IMG/VR virus record: IMGVR_UViG_3300017747_002462
Span: 1 to 41,290 of that record
Direction: 5' to 3' (one strand)
Source of the DNA: a virus
Lineage: Duplodnaviria > Caudoviricetes
Length of the DNA stretch: 41,290 bases
Shown here: positions 7,310 to 15,416 of the stretch, piece after piece
Layout of the letters: each line of letters opens with the position of its first letter
Numbering within the stretch: position 1 is the stretch's first letter
Position numbers and translations under genes: made by a program
Notes under the pieces: generated by a model
What the model saw: only the letters and a program-made list of their open reading frames with translations
What the model was told of the DNA's origin: nothing
Databases searched by the model: none

Positions 7310-7542
7310 GATGTGACGCCTTCGGAAGACGCTTCCTCGATTGCGCTCAAGCCGCGCGGCTCGTCGAGTTTGTGAATGATGGCGAGAGCACGCAACTTCA
7401 CGACCAGCCTCGTGTCATCGTCCACTGCCGACCATGGCGTGCCGACTGTTGACGGATCAGTCTCCCAAAGAGCGAACGCCATTTCCTCAACATTCACTTG
7501 CGCGCGCAGCGCAGGCGAGGAACCCGGTTCCGAAGCTGTCAT
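7306..7542 (-). CDS. Cassette-encoded hypothetical protein (~78 aa)
   Basis: AGGAGG RBS; begins MTASEPGSSPALRAQ and ends EPRGLSAIEEASSEGVTS, the same terminal peptides as the 15409-15762 protein. Confidence 0.7.
   Translation of the reverse strand: MTASEPGSSPALRAQVNVEEMAFALWETDPSTVGTPWSAVDDDTRLVVKLRALAIIHKLDEPRGLSAIEEASSEGVTS
7314..7541 (-). mobile_element. Putative in-frame cassette A (228 bp) bounded by inverted TGAC-hairpin ends
   Basis: Ends read inward: tgacgccttcggaagacgcttcctcgattgcgct and tgacagcttcggaaccgggttcctcgcctgcgct (26/34 identical). Confidence 0.75.
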
Positions 7543-7551
7543 GTCCACCTC

Positions 7552-7881
7552 CTAAACTCTCGAAGCCATAGCCAATCCCTCTACAGCACGTCTCAGAGCC
7601 GCAGGATCAAGCCTAGGCTGGATTGGTGCCTGTGGCATTGGTTTGGCCGCTGGCGGGGCCTCCACGGGGCGGGAAACGATACGGGGAACGACGGGCGCCG
7701 GGGCGATTTCAACGGGGCGAACTGCAACCGGAGCGATTCCCATCGAGGCCAGATCATACCGGAACTGCCCCCCAGGCGTGCGGAAGTGTTTGATTTTACC
7801 AGCCTTTGCCCACCGTCGCAAGGTTTGCAAGCTGACTCCCAAGGTTTCTTTCGCGATTGCAGGCGTCACATAGTGGTTCAT
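7552..7881 (-). CDS. MerR/excisionase-type HTH protein with Pro-rich tail
   Basis: VTPAIAKETLGVSLQTLRRWAKAGKIKHFRTPGGQFRY. Confidence 0.8.
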   Translation of the reverse strand: MNHYVTPAIAKETLGVSLQTLRRWAKAGKIKHFRTPGGQFRYDLASMGIAPVAVRPVEIAPAPVVPRIVSRPVEAPPAAKPMPQAPIQPRLDPAALRRAVEGLAMASRV

Positions 7882-8030
7882 TGGTTCGGCTCCTTGATCA
7901 TGAGGACGTAGAACTTGTTTTCAGGCTGGGGGATTGCTTCCCTCCAGCCACGGGTTGCGTAGTCTTCGACCTTGGAAGGCTGGACGTAGCGCCAGGCGAT
8001 GTCGGAGCGCTTGAGTTGGCGGAGTTTCAT
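7878..8030 (-). CDS. Hypothetical protein (50 aa)
   Basis: ATGA-coupled on both sides (MKLRQLKRSDIAWRYV...). Confidence 0.55.
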   Translation of the reverse strand: MKLRQLKRSDIAWRYVQPSKVEDYATRGWREAIPQPENKFYVLMIKEPNQ

Positions 8031-8485
8031 CGATCCACTCCCGGCATTGAGCGGGCTAGTCCGCCGAGCGAGCGGTGCCCCATGTTCGCCTCGCGCCATG
8101 CCTTCGCCTCGAGTTCGCGCCGAGCCTGATCCGCCCAATAGTCGATCAAGCGTTTTTCCGGCATGAGGTCGCCGATCTGGATCTCGTCGATCTTCACGCC
8201 AGCCATGAGCCGCTGCTTGACGCCGAGCACGCAGCACTGGCGCAGCTCTTTCGCCCAGCCTTCGCGCTCCGACTGGATGGCCCACGGGTGATCCTTGAAC
8301 CGAGACCCCCACACGCCGGTCATGGGCTCGATTTCGCCGGTCTTCTCGCAGCGCTGGCTGCCGCCGACGTAGTGGCGGGCCATGCTGTCTGCGCGGTCTG
8401 GCGTCATGTCGATCCATGCACGCGCCGGCTTGTCTTCGCGCTTTTGGCGTTCTTCCTGAGCGCTGTAGCGAACTTTGGTCATCAA
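8027..8485 (-). CDS. Hypothetical protein downstream of the replication initiator
   Basis: 152-aa ORF coupled to rep. Confidence 0.65.
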   Translation of the reverse strand: MMTKVRYSAQEERQKREDKPARAWIDMTPDRADSMARHYVGGSQRCEKTGEIEPMTGVWGSRFKDHPWAIQSEREGWAKELRQCCVLGVKQRLMAGVKIDEIQIGDLMPEKRLIDYWADQARRELEAKAWREANMGHRSLGGLARSMPGVDR

Positions 8486-9411
8486 AAGCCCTCCGGGATC
8501 AGGCCGGCTTCACGGAGCCAACCTTCCTTGGTTTTCGCGTCTGGTTCGTTGGGGTGGCGGCTGATCGTGATCGGCGACTTGGCGTGCCGTCCGTTGCCGT
8601 AGCCTCCGTCATGGAGTTTCGAGAAACTCGCCGGCTGAAGCAGGAAGTCGAGCGTTGCCCGCCAGCCGCGGTCGTTGGTGCCGGTCAGGAAGGCTGAGCG
8701 CTCGAGATTGGCAAGTGCCTTGTCCCAGCCGTCTTGCCCGTACTCTTTCAGCCGAGCTGAGATCTTGCGCTGACGGTCTGGGGTGAGCTTTGCCGCCTGG
8801 GGAATTGCCACCCGCAAGGCCAGCGAATTGTAAGCCTCAAATGCCCGTAGGCATTCGAGAGGCGTGCCCCCCTTGGGGGGTAGGGGGGTATTACCTTCTT
8901 CTAATTGTTTATTTGTTAGTGTGTTAATTTCTTGGTGTTGGCTTGGTGTTGGCTTGGTGTTGGCTTGGTGCTTTGCCTGGGATTTTGCTTGGTGTTCGGC
9001 CTCTTGCATAAGTTGATATTTTGAGTAATTACATATAGTTACGATCTGGATTTGGTTGGTGTTGCGCTTGGTGGGATGGTTGGCGCAGTGGCGAGTGATC
9101 ATCGCTTCGTTCTGCAAACGTTTCAGAAACCAGCGCACCTTGTCCGCGGTCCATTTCCAGCGAGTCGCAAGGTAGGAATGGGCCGCCATCAGATCGCCAG
9201 GATCGAGGACGATAACCGTCCCCTTGTTCATGGCGCGGCGGGGCTCGTAGGAGGCCATCGCTAGTAGCGACAACCAAGCCTCTAGGTCGGTGTACGACCT
9301 GTCACCGACGCCGACGATGGGATGGGAGAAGATTTCACGGCTGACAGCGAACCAATTACCGGCCCGGTCATCCTCGATCGGCGGTCCGCCGTTGTGTGTA
9401 TGGTCCACCAT
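8482..9411 (-). CDS. Phage replication initiator (lambda O/DnaD-like organisation)
   Basis: N-terminal wHTH (WFAVSREIFSHP..AWLSLLAMA..LATRWKWTADKVRWFLKRL), IVTICNYSKYQ, internal iterons, C-terminal FLTGTNDRGWRATLDFLL. Confidence 0.85.
   Translation of the reverse strand: MVDHTHNGGPPIEDDRAGNWFAVSREIFSHPIVGVGDRSYTDLEAWLSLLAMASYEPRRAMNKGTVIVLDPGDLMAAHSYLATRWKWTADKVRWFLKRLQNEAMITRHCANHPTKRNTNQIQIVTICNYSKYQLMQEAEHQAKSQAKHQANTKPTPSQHQEINTLTNKQLEEGNTPLPPKGGTPLECLRAFEAYNSLALRVAIPQAAKLTPDRQRKISARLKEYGQDGWDKALANLERSAFLTGTNDRGWRATLDFLLQPASFSKLHDGGYGNGRHAKSPITISRHPNEPDAKTKEGWLREAGLIPEGF
8900..8998. repeat. Replication origin: 11-bp iterons CTTGGTGTTGG plus adjacent AT-rich tract
   Basis: Three tandem copies at 8931-8963, partial copies at 8964 and 8988; AT-rich 8900-8930; inside rep, as in lambdoid origins. 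Confidence 0.8.
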
Positions 9412-9439
9412 TTATCCACCGCTCGCGTTCAAAATGCTG

Positions 9440-9590
9440 TTGCATCTGTCCAGCGATGGTGGTAAATAACCACGTATCGCTGGTGTGATTCGACTTACCG
9501 GTCCTGTCCACCACTCGTCACCGCCAAGTGACCCACAAACCGCCAACCCAGTTTCCGAACCCTTCAGGCGCCAACCTGAGGGGTTCTTTC
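9440..9590 (+). ncRNA. Putative antisense small RNA upstream of rep (OOP/ctRNA-like position)
   Basis: TTGCAT-N17-TAAATA promoter-like sequence at 9440-9468; terminator GAACCCTTCAGG-cgccaa-CCTGAGGGGTTC-TTTC at 9557-9590; opposite to the rep operon. Confidence 0.5.
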
Positions 9591-9591
9591 G

Positions 9592-10002
9592 TTATGCGAC
9601 CACGTAAGCGGTCAACCGACGCAACTTCCCCTTGGAACGGTCCCGAACCTGGGTCTTGACAAGGAGTCGGCCTAGAGCTGCCCCAAGGGCGTTTTCAGCT
9701 ATAGGCGTCTGGCCGTCCTCGTCGCAGTGCCACAGGTACAGGTTCCAGATCCCCCGCGGTCCCGACCAGGCTATTTCGCCGGTCAATCCCTCGGCACGCA
9801 GGAACGAAACAAACTGACAGGCCGCGGCGTATGCCGGCAGAGGCGGGGAGACGGGCCTTGGAGGGCAACCAGCCTCCCCAACCTCCACCGTACGGTCGGC
9901 CACTGCTTGAGGCGCATCGCCCCGCACAGGCGGATTGGCCGGCCGTACCCCCAACATGCCCAAGCTCAGGGCTTTCAAAAACAAGCCACCTAACTCGAGC
10001 AT
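9592..10002 (-). CDS. Hypothetical protein (136 aa)
   Basis: GGGG RBS; in the early replication operon. Confidence 0.6.
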   Translation of the reverse strand: MLELGGLFLKALSLGMLGVRPANPPVRGDAPQAVADRTVEVGEAGCPPRPVSPPLPAYAAACQFVSFLRAEGLTGEIAWSGPRGIWNLYLWHCDEDGQTPIAENALGAALGRLLVKTQVRDRSKGKLRRLTAYVVA

Positions 10003-10066
10003 AAATTCCCCCGAAAAGACCCCAGGACAGAGTGCCGTCCGCCCTGGGGAGTTGGTCTTAGGGAGA

Positions 10067-10546
10067 CTACTCTACTGACACCAAATGCTCCTGCTTGTGG
10101 CACGGAGCGCAAAGCCAGATCACAGAGAGGGGCATCGAATAATCACGATGATGAGCGTGCACCTTCTCAGCGGAACATTTGGCACATGGCTCGCTGACTA
10201 GCGCGCCGGCGGCCAGTGCTCTTTCGACCATCTTGTGGGCTGCCCGCTTCTCCCGGTTGCGAGCATCCCATTCGCGCTTCTTGGCGTTTGCACGCCTTCC
10301 GCGCTCGGCAAGGCAACTCCTGCACACGGGTCCATAGCGACGCCTCCCCCTGCGTATGCCATAGGCGTGCAGTACTTTTTCCTCGTGGTGCTTTTCGCAA
10401 ACGGTCAATGAAGTCCCCTGCCTCGCTGCGGATCGCGGCAGGGGAGAGCAGATGGTCGGCACGGGCAGGCGTGCCGCAACGGGCCCTGACCCCCTCCGCT
10501 GCCGTTCATAGGCAGAGGCCCATCTGCTCACCGCTGGCGCGGTCAC
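10067..10546 (-). CDS. HNH-type zinc-binding endonuclease-like protein (start uncertain)
   Basis: CAKC..KVHAHHRDYSMPLSVIWLCAPCHKQEH. Confidence 0.7.
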   Translation of the reverse strand: MTAPAVSRWASAYERQRRGSGPVAARLPVPTICSPLPRSAARQGTSLTVCEKHHEEKVLHAYGIRRGRRRYGPVCRSCLAERGRRANAKKREWDARNREKRAAHKMVERALAAGALVSEPCAKCSAEKVHAHHRDYSMPLSVIWLCAPCHKQEHLVSVE

Positions 10547-10605
10547 TCACTGTACAAAACGTGAACAAAATCAATCAATTGCATACAACTAGTGCGGGGA
10601 TTATA

Positions 10606-10860
10606 TTACGCTGCGTACCCTGTAGACGTCGAATGATCGACGCGACCCCGTTTCACGGGCGACAAACGCTTGAGCACATCGAGCGTAACGCCCTTGATTT
10701 TGCGACGCTTTGCCTTCTTGGCGACGTCCACCCAGTAGTACGACGCGATTGACGAACGATGACGCATCAACTTGACCGTCCCCTCCCTCACGCCGATGTC
10801 CCGCGCGAACTCGCACAGGCTAGGCCAAGCGCCGATGATGTCCCGATGGCTTTGGTACAT
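10606..10860 (-). CDS. cro: Cro-like HTH regulator
   Basis: Divergent from cI; HRDIIGAWPSLCEFARDIGVREGTVKLMRHRSSI; ATG lies a few nt after the -10 element (leaderless). Confidence 0.75.
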   Translation of the reverse strand: MYQSHRDIIGAWPSLCEFARDIGVREGTVKLMRHRSSIASYYWVDVAKKAKRRKIKGVTLDVLKRLSPVKRGRVDHSTSTGYAA

Positions 10861-10867
10861 GCGACGC

Positions 10868-10907
10868 AGATTACGGTGCGTAACCCGATTTGTCAACCCG
10901 ATGTAAC
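10868..10907 (-). promoter_or_regulatory. PR-like promoter TTGACA-N17-TAATCT with two GTTAC-N5-GT(A/T)(A/G) operators
   Basis: Minus strand: gttacatcgggTTGACAaatcgggttacgcaccgTAATCT. Confidence 0.85.
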
Positions 10908-10934
10908 TTGCCAGCGCAACTTGATGTGTGACAA

Positions 10935-11591
10935 ATGAACACTCCAAGCGATAGACTAGTGCGTGCAAGATTGAATGCAGGGTTCAAGGGGCCTAGGGCG
11001 GCATCAAGAGCCCACGGCTGGAAAGAGCAGACGTACAAAAGTCATGAGTCGGGGGGCAGGCAGTTCAAGCTGGAGGCGGCACTTGAGTACGCCAGAGCAT
11101 TCGGTGTTAGCGCTGGATGGATACTCACGGGGGAACAGGACATCCCACTTGCTGATTCAGATACGGCTCGCGTCCCTATCAAAAGGGTGCCCGTTATGGA
11201 TACCATCGATGTTGACTCGCTCGTAGCCGTGGCGCGCGGCAAAAAACCTAAGTCTGACAGGGATATAACGATAGATTCGTCCCCTGACATTTCCCCGCGT
11301 GCATTCGCCATAGAGATAGGCGGCACGGCCATGCTGTCTAAAGAGGCTGACAGCTTCGCCGCGGGCGATGTCGTGGTGATAGATCCAGACGCGAAGCCCG
11401 AGCCTGGCTGTTTCGTGCTCGCCGTCGTCGGTAACGAAGCGATGTTCAGGAAGTACCGCCCACTGCAGCACAGCCAGCTCACCGCATTCGAGCTTGTACC
11501 GCTCAATTCGTTCTTCCCCACGGTTAAGGGATCGACGGATGACGGGGCTGTGATCGTCGGCAGAGCCGTGCGCCACATTCGCAAGCTGTGA
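10935..11591 (+). CDS. cI: CI-like repressor (HTH plus S24-fold domain with degenerate catalytic residues)
   Basis: RLVRARLNAGF..YKSHESGGR..YARAFGVSAGWILTGE HTH; C-terminal FAIEIGGTAM..GDVVVIDP..FRKY..LVPLN..IVGRAV. Confidence 0.9.
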   Translation: MNTPSDRLVRARLNAGFKGPRAASRAHGWKEQTYKSHESGGRQFKLEAALEYARAFGVSAGWILTGEQDIPLADSDTARVPIKRVPVMDTIDVDSLVAVARGKKPKSDRDITIDSSPDISPRAFAIEIGGTAMLSKEADSFAAGDVVVIDPDAKPEPGCFVLAVVGNEAMFRKYRPLQHSQLTAFELVPLNSFFPTVKGSTDDGAVIVGRAVRHIRKL

Positions 11592-11650
11592 ACAAGTTCC
11601 TATAGAAGCTGTGGATAAAATTTACCGCGCCATACTTTTTGTGCGCGCGG

Positions 11651-11690
11651 GTTACTTTTTGTTGACATGACGGGTTACGGAATGTAACTT
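11651..11690 (+). promoter_or_regulatory. PL-like promoter TTGACA-N17-TAACTT with GTTAC-N5-GTAAC operators
   Basis: gttactttttgTTGACAtgacgggttacggaatgTAACTT; same architecture as PR. Confidence 0.85.
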
Positions 11691-11720
11691 AGGCAAATCA
11701 CCAGCCTGGGGGACAGACCG

Positions 11721-12056
11721 ATGCAATGGCCTTTTGAACACGACATCTACGAAGGCGAGTTCTGGCTTGCGACGATCGAGGGCATTGCCACGATCGAGGA
11801 AAATACAGGCTCCGGCATTCACGACGACTGGACGGTCTCCAAGATCCAAATCAGCGGCGTTCGCGAGCGCGGCAAGTGGGAGATGTTCACGCTCTCCGAC
11901 ACGTCCGAGCTGTACGAGACGATCCTTCTCCAGATCCTGAACGAAGACCGCCACGACATCGACGACGAGTGGGCCACCTACATCGTTGAGGCTCGCATTG
12001 GCAACCGTGCCGACGAGCAGCGGGACAACATGATCAGCTTTGGGCTGCACTCATGA
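11721..12056 (+). CDS. Hypothetical acidic protein, first PL gene
   Basis: GGGGGA RBS; 111 aa. Confidence 0.7.
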   Translation: MQWPFEHDIYEGEFWLATIEGIATIEENTGSGIHDDWTVSKIQISGVRERGKWEMFTLSDTSELYETILLQILNEDRHDIDDEWATYIVEARIGNRADEQRDNMISFGLHS

Positions 12057-12181
12057 GCATCCTCGCAATCGTCCTGACGATGATCGGCGCGGGTCTCTCA
12101 TTGCTTGGTTTCTGCATCGGCTACCACGTCGGATGCAAAGACACGCGACAGGAAATCCTAGAACGCGACCCATGGGAATGA
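12053..12181 (+). CDS. Small membrane protein (42 aa)
   Basis: ATGA-coupled; MSILAIVLTMIGAGLSLLGFCIGYHVG... Confidence 0.55.
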   Translation: MSILAIVLTMIGAGLSLLGFCIGYHVGCKDTRQEILERDPWE

Positions 12182-12291
12182 CCACAGGCCTTCTCGGCTC
12201 AATCGTTCTCATCGCTCTCGTCTGCATTGTCGGCGTGATCGTTTGGGGCGTGAGGCAGATGCAGCCATTCGACCATAACCACTACGACTGA
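12178..12291 (+). CDS. Small membrane protein (37 aa)
   Basis: ATGA-coupled; MTTGLLGSIVLIALVCIVGVIVWGV... Confidence 0.55.
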   Translation: MTTGLLGSIVLIALVCIVGVIVWGVRQMQPFDHNHYD

Positions 12292-12301
12292 GGAGTGAGA
12301 G

Positions 12302-12514
12302 ATGCGCGGCACGTTCGACATTCACCCTGACGGCCAAGAGTTTGAGGCGAAGGTGGCGACTCACGTTGTCGGCTTGCCGTTCTCCACTCTCACGCTCTCA
12401 ATCGGTGACTTCAGGCTCAACCTTTACGGCGCAGCCGACGACGCTCTGAAGCTGATCCGCGTCTCGACTTTGCTGAATGAAATTTTCTCGAGTGAGAAGG
12501 TGGAGGCAGAGTGA
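12302..12514 (+). CDS. Hypothetical protein (70 aa)
   Basis: GAGGAG RBS. Confidence 0.65.
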   Translation: MRGTFDIHPDGQEFEAKVATHVVGLPFSTLTLSIGDFRLNLYGAADDALKLIRVSTLLNEIFSSEKVEAE

Positions 12515-13311
12515 TGAGTGAAGTAGCACACGCATACGCAACCGGAACCAGCGCTAGCACCGCTCTTGCTCCGCAGCCAGTCGTCGCCAGCGAAACCGCA
12601 GCGATCATGTCGATGATCGAGCGCATGGCAACCGATGCCAGCATTTCGATTGAGCGCGTAGAGCAGACATTCAGCTTCTATCAGCGCGTCCAAGCTGATC
12701 GTGCTCGGCAAGCGTTCGATGCGGCGTTCGCTGCGATGCAGCCGGAAATGCCGGTCATCGAAAAGCAGGGGACGTCTCACAACGGCAAGTACGGGCGATG
12801 GGAAGACATCGTTGAGAAGATCCTTCCCGTGCTTGGCAAGCACGGTTTTTCTATTCGGTTCCGCGTGTCGAATGAGACCGGGAAGATCAACGTCCGCGCC
12901 ATCCTTGCGCATAGAGACGGACACCGAGAGGAAACGGCGTTCGACCTTCCTGCCGACACGACGGGCAGCAAGAACGCCATCCAGGCAATCGGATCTTCGA
13001 CCAGCTACGGCAAGCGATACACGGCAAGCGCTCTGCTCAACATCGTCACCCGCGACGAAGACGATGACGGCAACGGTGGACCGAAGCAGCGCAAGTCATC
13101 GTCGGCCGCCAAGAAGGACGGCACGACCGAGAAATTCAACGCGATCAAAGTCGCATTCGAGACGGCGACGAGCGTCGATCATCTCATGGCGCTCAAAGAG
13201 CAGCACTGGACCGAAGTGGAGACACTTCCGGCGCGCTGGTTCGAGCTTCTTGAGGACACTTACAGCATCATGTTCGACGACCTCAAGACTGCTGAGAGGG
13301 CGCGAGCATGA
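12511..13311 (+). CDS. erf: ERF-family single-strand annealing recombinase
   Basis: KNAIQAIGSSTSYGKRYTASALLNI..DEDDDGN motif. Confidence 0.9.
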   Translation: MMSEVAHAYATGTSASTALAPQPVVASETAAIMSMIERMATDASISIERVEQTFSFYQRVQADRARQAFDAAFAAMQPEMPVIEKQGTSHNGKYGRWEDIVEKILPVLGKHGFSIRFRVSNETGKINVRAILAHRDGHREETAFDLPADTTGSKNAIQAIGSSTSYGKRYTASALLNIVTRDEDDDGNGGPKQRKSSSAAKKDGTTEKFNAIKVAFETATSVDHLMALKEQHWTEVETLPARWFELLEDTYSIMFDDLKTAERARA

Positions 13312-13649
13312 GCAACCGCCAGCGCATCGTCACAGAGGAAGAACTAGAGAAGGCCCTCGATTGGCTGCGGGATTCTGCGCAGCAAATGGGCCAGTGCAAG
13401 GGCCGTCTCGTCAAGGCCCAGCACATGCTCTCGCACATCGAAGCGCTTCTTACCCTTCGATCCGACCAGAGCAGCGACACAAAGCGGCGGGCCGAAGCAA
13501 GGGCGAGCGAAAAGTATCTCGAAGGCATCAACGAGGAAGCAGAGGCCGCTGCTGAGTACGAGAAGATGCGCGCTCTACGTGAGGCCGCGGCACTCAAGAT
13601 CGAGACGTGGCGCTCAGAGCAAGCCAACTACAGGGCTCTCAAAGTATGA
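13308..13649 (+). CDS. Helical hypothetical protein of the recombination module
   Basis: Coupled to erf; ends KIETWRSEQANYR. Confidence 0.7.
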   Translation: MSNRQRIVTEEELEKALDWLRDSAQQMGQCKGRLVKAQHMLSHIEALLTLRSDQSSDTKRRAEARASEKYLEGINEEAEAAAEYEKMRALREAAALKIETWRSEQANYRALKV

Positions 13650-13969
13650 GACAGGAATTCTCCCGCAAGACGAAGGCGGAAGCCCTGGAGCGCTCTGGAG
13701 GCTGCTGCTGTAGCTGCCGCATACCTCTGACGCCAGCGACGGGCATTGAGTTTGATCACCGCATTCCTGACGCGGTGAACGGAGCCAACAGCGTTGGCAA
13801 CTGCGAACCGCTTTGCGGAAATTGTCATGGCGCCAAGACGTCTGGAGACGTCAAGGCAATCGCCAAGACAAAGCGCATTCGAGACAAGCACTCAGGGGCC
13901 ATGAAGACAAAGCGGGGCTTCCGCGGCTGGCGGAAAATGAACGGGGACATCGTATGGAAAAACAACTGA
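13646..13969 (+). CDS. HNH endonuclease
   Basis: CCSC..EFDHRIP..GANSVGNCEPLCGNCHGAKT. Confidence 0.85.
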   Translation: MRQEFSRKTKAEALERSGGCCCSCRIPLTPATGIEFDHRIPDAVNGANSVGNCEPLCGNCHGAKTSGDVKAIAKTKRIRDKHSGAMKTKRGFRGWRKMNGDIVWKNN

Positions 13970-14160
13970 ACATCGACGACTTCAGCCACCTGCCAGTGCG
14001 CCAATGGAACTATCTGATGAAGGCTTTAATGGATCGAAACCTCGCAGGACGGATCGCAAACAACTCCAAAGACATCAGGGACCATCAGCGATGGGCTCGC
14101 GTTGTCGAGCTTCTCGATCGTGACATTGCTCGCATTTCGTCTCCGGGGTGGCGGGCATGA
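13954..14160 (+). CDS. Hypothetical protein (68 aa)
   Basis: GGGG RBS; in the coupled chain. Confidence 0.55.
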   Translation: MEKQLNIDDFSHLPVRQWNYLMKALMDRNLAGRIANNSKDIRDHQRWARVVELLDRDIARISSPGWRA

Positions 14161-14384
14161 CCAAGTCAGAACAGCGCAAGCTCGCCATCACTCTCGCAAG
14201 AGCCAAGGATCTGATCGTGGACGTGTCTGAAAAAGACTTCTCGCCATTCCGCAGAGCACGAGCCCGCGGCGAGATCGTCAACATAGACCAGGCTATCCAA
14301 CTAATTCAGGAATCCGTCCAGAGGGCGACGGTACAGTGGCGGCGGCCTTTTCGGGGTTCAGGTCGCCGCTCCGTTAGATCATAG
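14157..14384 (+). CDS. Hypothetical protein
   Basis: ATGA-coupled ORF. Confidence 0.55.
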   Translation: MTKSEQRKLAITLARAKDLIVDVSEKDFSPFRRARARGEIVNIDQAIQLIQESVQRATVQWRRPFRGSGRRSVRS

Positions 14385-14393
14385 GGGGATGAG

Positions 14394-14987
14394 ATGACAG
14401 ATGAATCGACGCCTCACAGCACGGCTGTTTCGGCTATCGCGCAAGAGCGCGATGTAGGGAAGCCAACTGCGTACATGGCTTTTTCCAACTCACGCCCCAT
14501 CAGCCGATGGCTGCAATGGAGCCCGATTGTCGCTGATGCTGACGCGGGATTGGTGACCATAGTGCCGCTCTTCACTACATCGCCAAAGGCGATAAGCGAG
14601 GCGCCTACCAGCGCCGAAGCTGTCAAACCAACCCCCTCGATAGAGGTAGGGGAAATGGTCGAGAGCTTGAAAACGCAAGCGATCTGGGTCACCGCCTATG
14701 CTGACGGCGACGACACGTCAATTCCGCCGACGCTAGAAGCTGCGTGTGGAAGCATCTCCAGAGTCAGCCGTGAAGCCGCCTCCCTCCTTATCGCTCTCGA
14801 TGCTGAGAGGGCGAGACTACAGGAAGCGCTGAAGCCGTTTGCTGAAGCGCTTAAGGGCAACTGGTCGCATCAACAGGATACGTCATCAATCGTCGCAGGG
14901 CTTCATAGCAACGATCTGCGTCTGACGTTCTTGTTGGGTGACTTCCGTCGTGCCCGCTCTGCTCTCCCTGCCTCAGATGAGGGATAG
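14394..14987 (+). CDS. Mosaic accessory protein (N-terminal KPTAY..VPLF module inside cassette D; C-terminal EALKPFA..LGDFRRAR module)
   Basis: GGGGG RBS; shares TPHS.AVSAI and SDEG peptides with the 4889-5596 protein. Confidence 0.75.
   Translation: MTDESTPHSTAVSAIAQERDVGKPTAYMAFSNSRPISRWLQWSPIVADADAGLVTIVPLFTTSPKAISEAPTSAEAVKPTPSIEVGEMVESLKTQAIWVTAYADGDDTSIPPTLEAACGSISRVSREAASLLIALDAERARLQEALKPFAEALKGNWSHQQDTSSIVAGLHSNDLRLTFLLGDFRRARSALPASDEG
14407..14625 (+). mobile_element. Putative in-frame cassette D (219 bp)
   Basis: Left cGACgcctc-ACAGC-acg-GCTGT-tTCG-gct-ATCGCGC-aaga-GCGCGAT-gtagggaag; right (inward) TGACagcttc-GGCGC-tggtag-GCGCC-TCG-ctt-ATCGCC-ttt-GGCGAT-gtagtgaag. Confidence 0.7.
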
Positions 14988-14991
14988 ATTA

Positions 14992-15162
14992 ATGAGCAAA
15001 GCAACAACACGACTGCTGGCTATTTCGATCGTGTGCGCAGGGTACGCCGGAATGATTTGCGGGGTGTGGCTCGGTCAATCGTCGATGTTCTACGCGGCCG
15101 TAATTCTGGCCATAGGTGGATCGCTGGCTGGATGGTGCAACTCGAGAAGGAAACAGAGATGA
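14992..15162 (+). CDS. Small two-TM membrane protein (56 aa)
   Basis: GAGGG RBS; two hydrophobic segments. Confidence 0.6.
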   Translation: MSKATTRLLAISIVCAGYAGMICGVWLGQSSMFYAAVILAIGGSLAGWCNSRRKQR

Positions 15163-15416
15163 GCCGTCTCGGAACCTGCAAGCACTGCTTCCACATTCAG
15201 GTGATGTTCGAGGTCGGCGGGCAGCCTCACGATCGAGAGAGCCGCGTCGATCTCCCAGAGGAATACACATGTCAGTGGCTTGAAACTTTCAAACCGCTGC
15301 CGCCATCGATACAGCGTCGACACGGCGGCTTCGACATCAGGCATGATGATTGCGACCTGTGCACTCAGTACGAACCAGCGTCCGCGTGGCCATCGAGAGG
15401 GACGAATAATGAATGA
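15159..15416 (+). CDS. Small Cys-motif protein (CKHC...C...CDLC)
   Basis: ATGA-coupled; 85 aa. Confidence 0.6.
   Translation: MSRLGTCKHCFHIQVMFEVGGQPHDRESRVDLPEEYTCQWLETFKPLPPSIQRRHGGFDIRHDDCDLCTQYEPASAWPSRGTNNE

Noticed and set aside
7552-7881. IS607-type resolvase or transposon
   Set aside because: Only the MerR-like HTH is present; no serine-recombinase catalytic domain or TnpB
8931-8998. CRISPR-like or VNTR array
   Set aside because: 11-bp tandem units without spacers, inside the initiator gene next to an AT-rich tract, fit origin iterons
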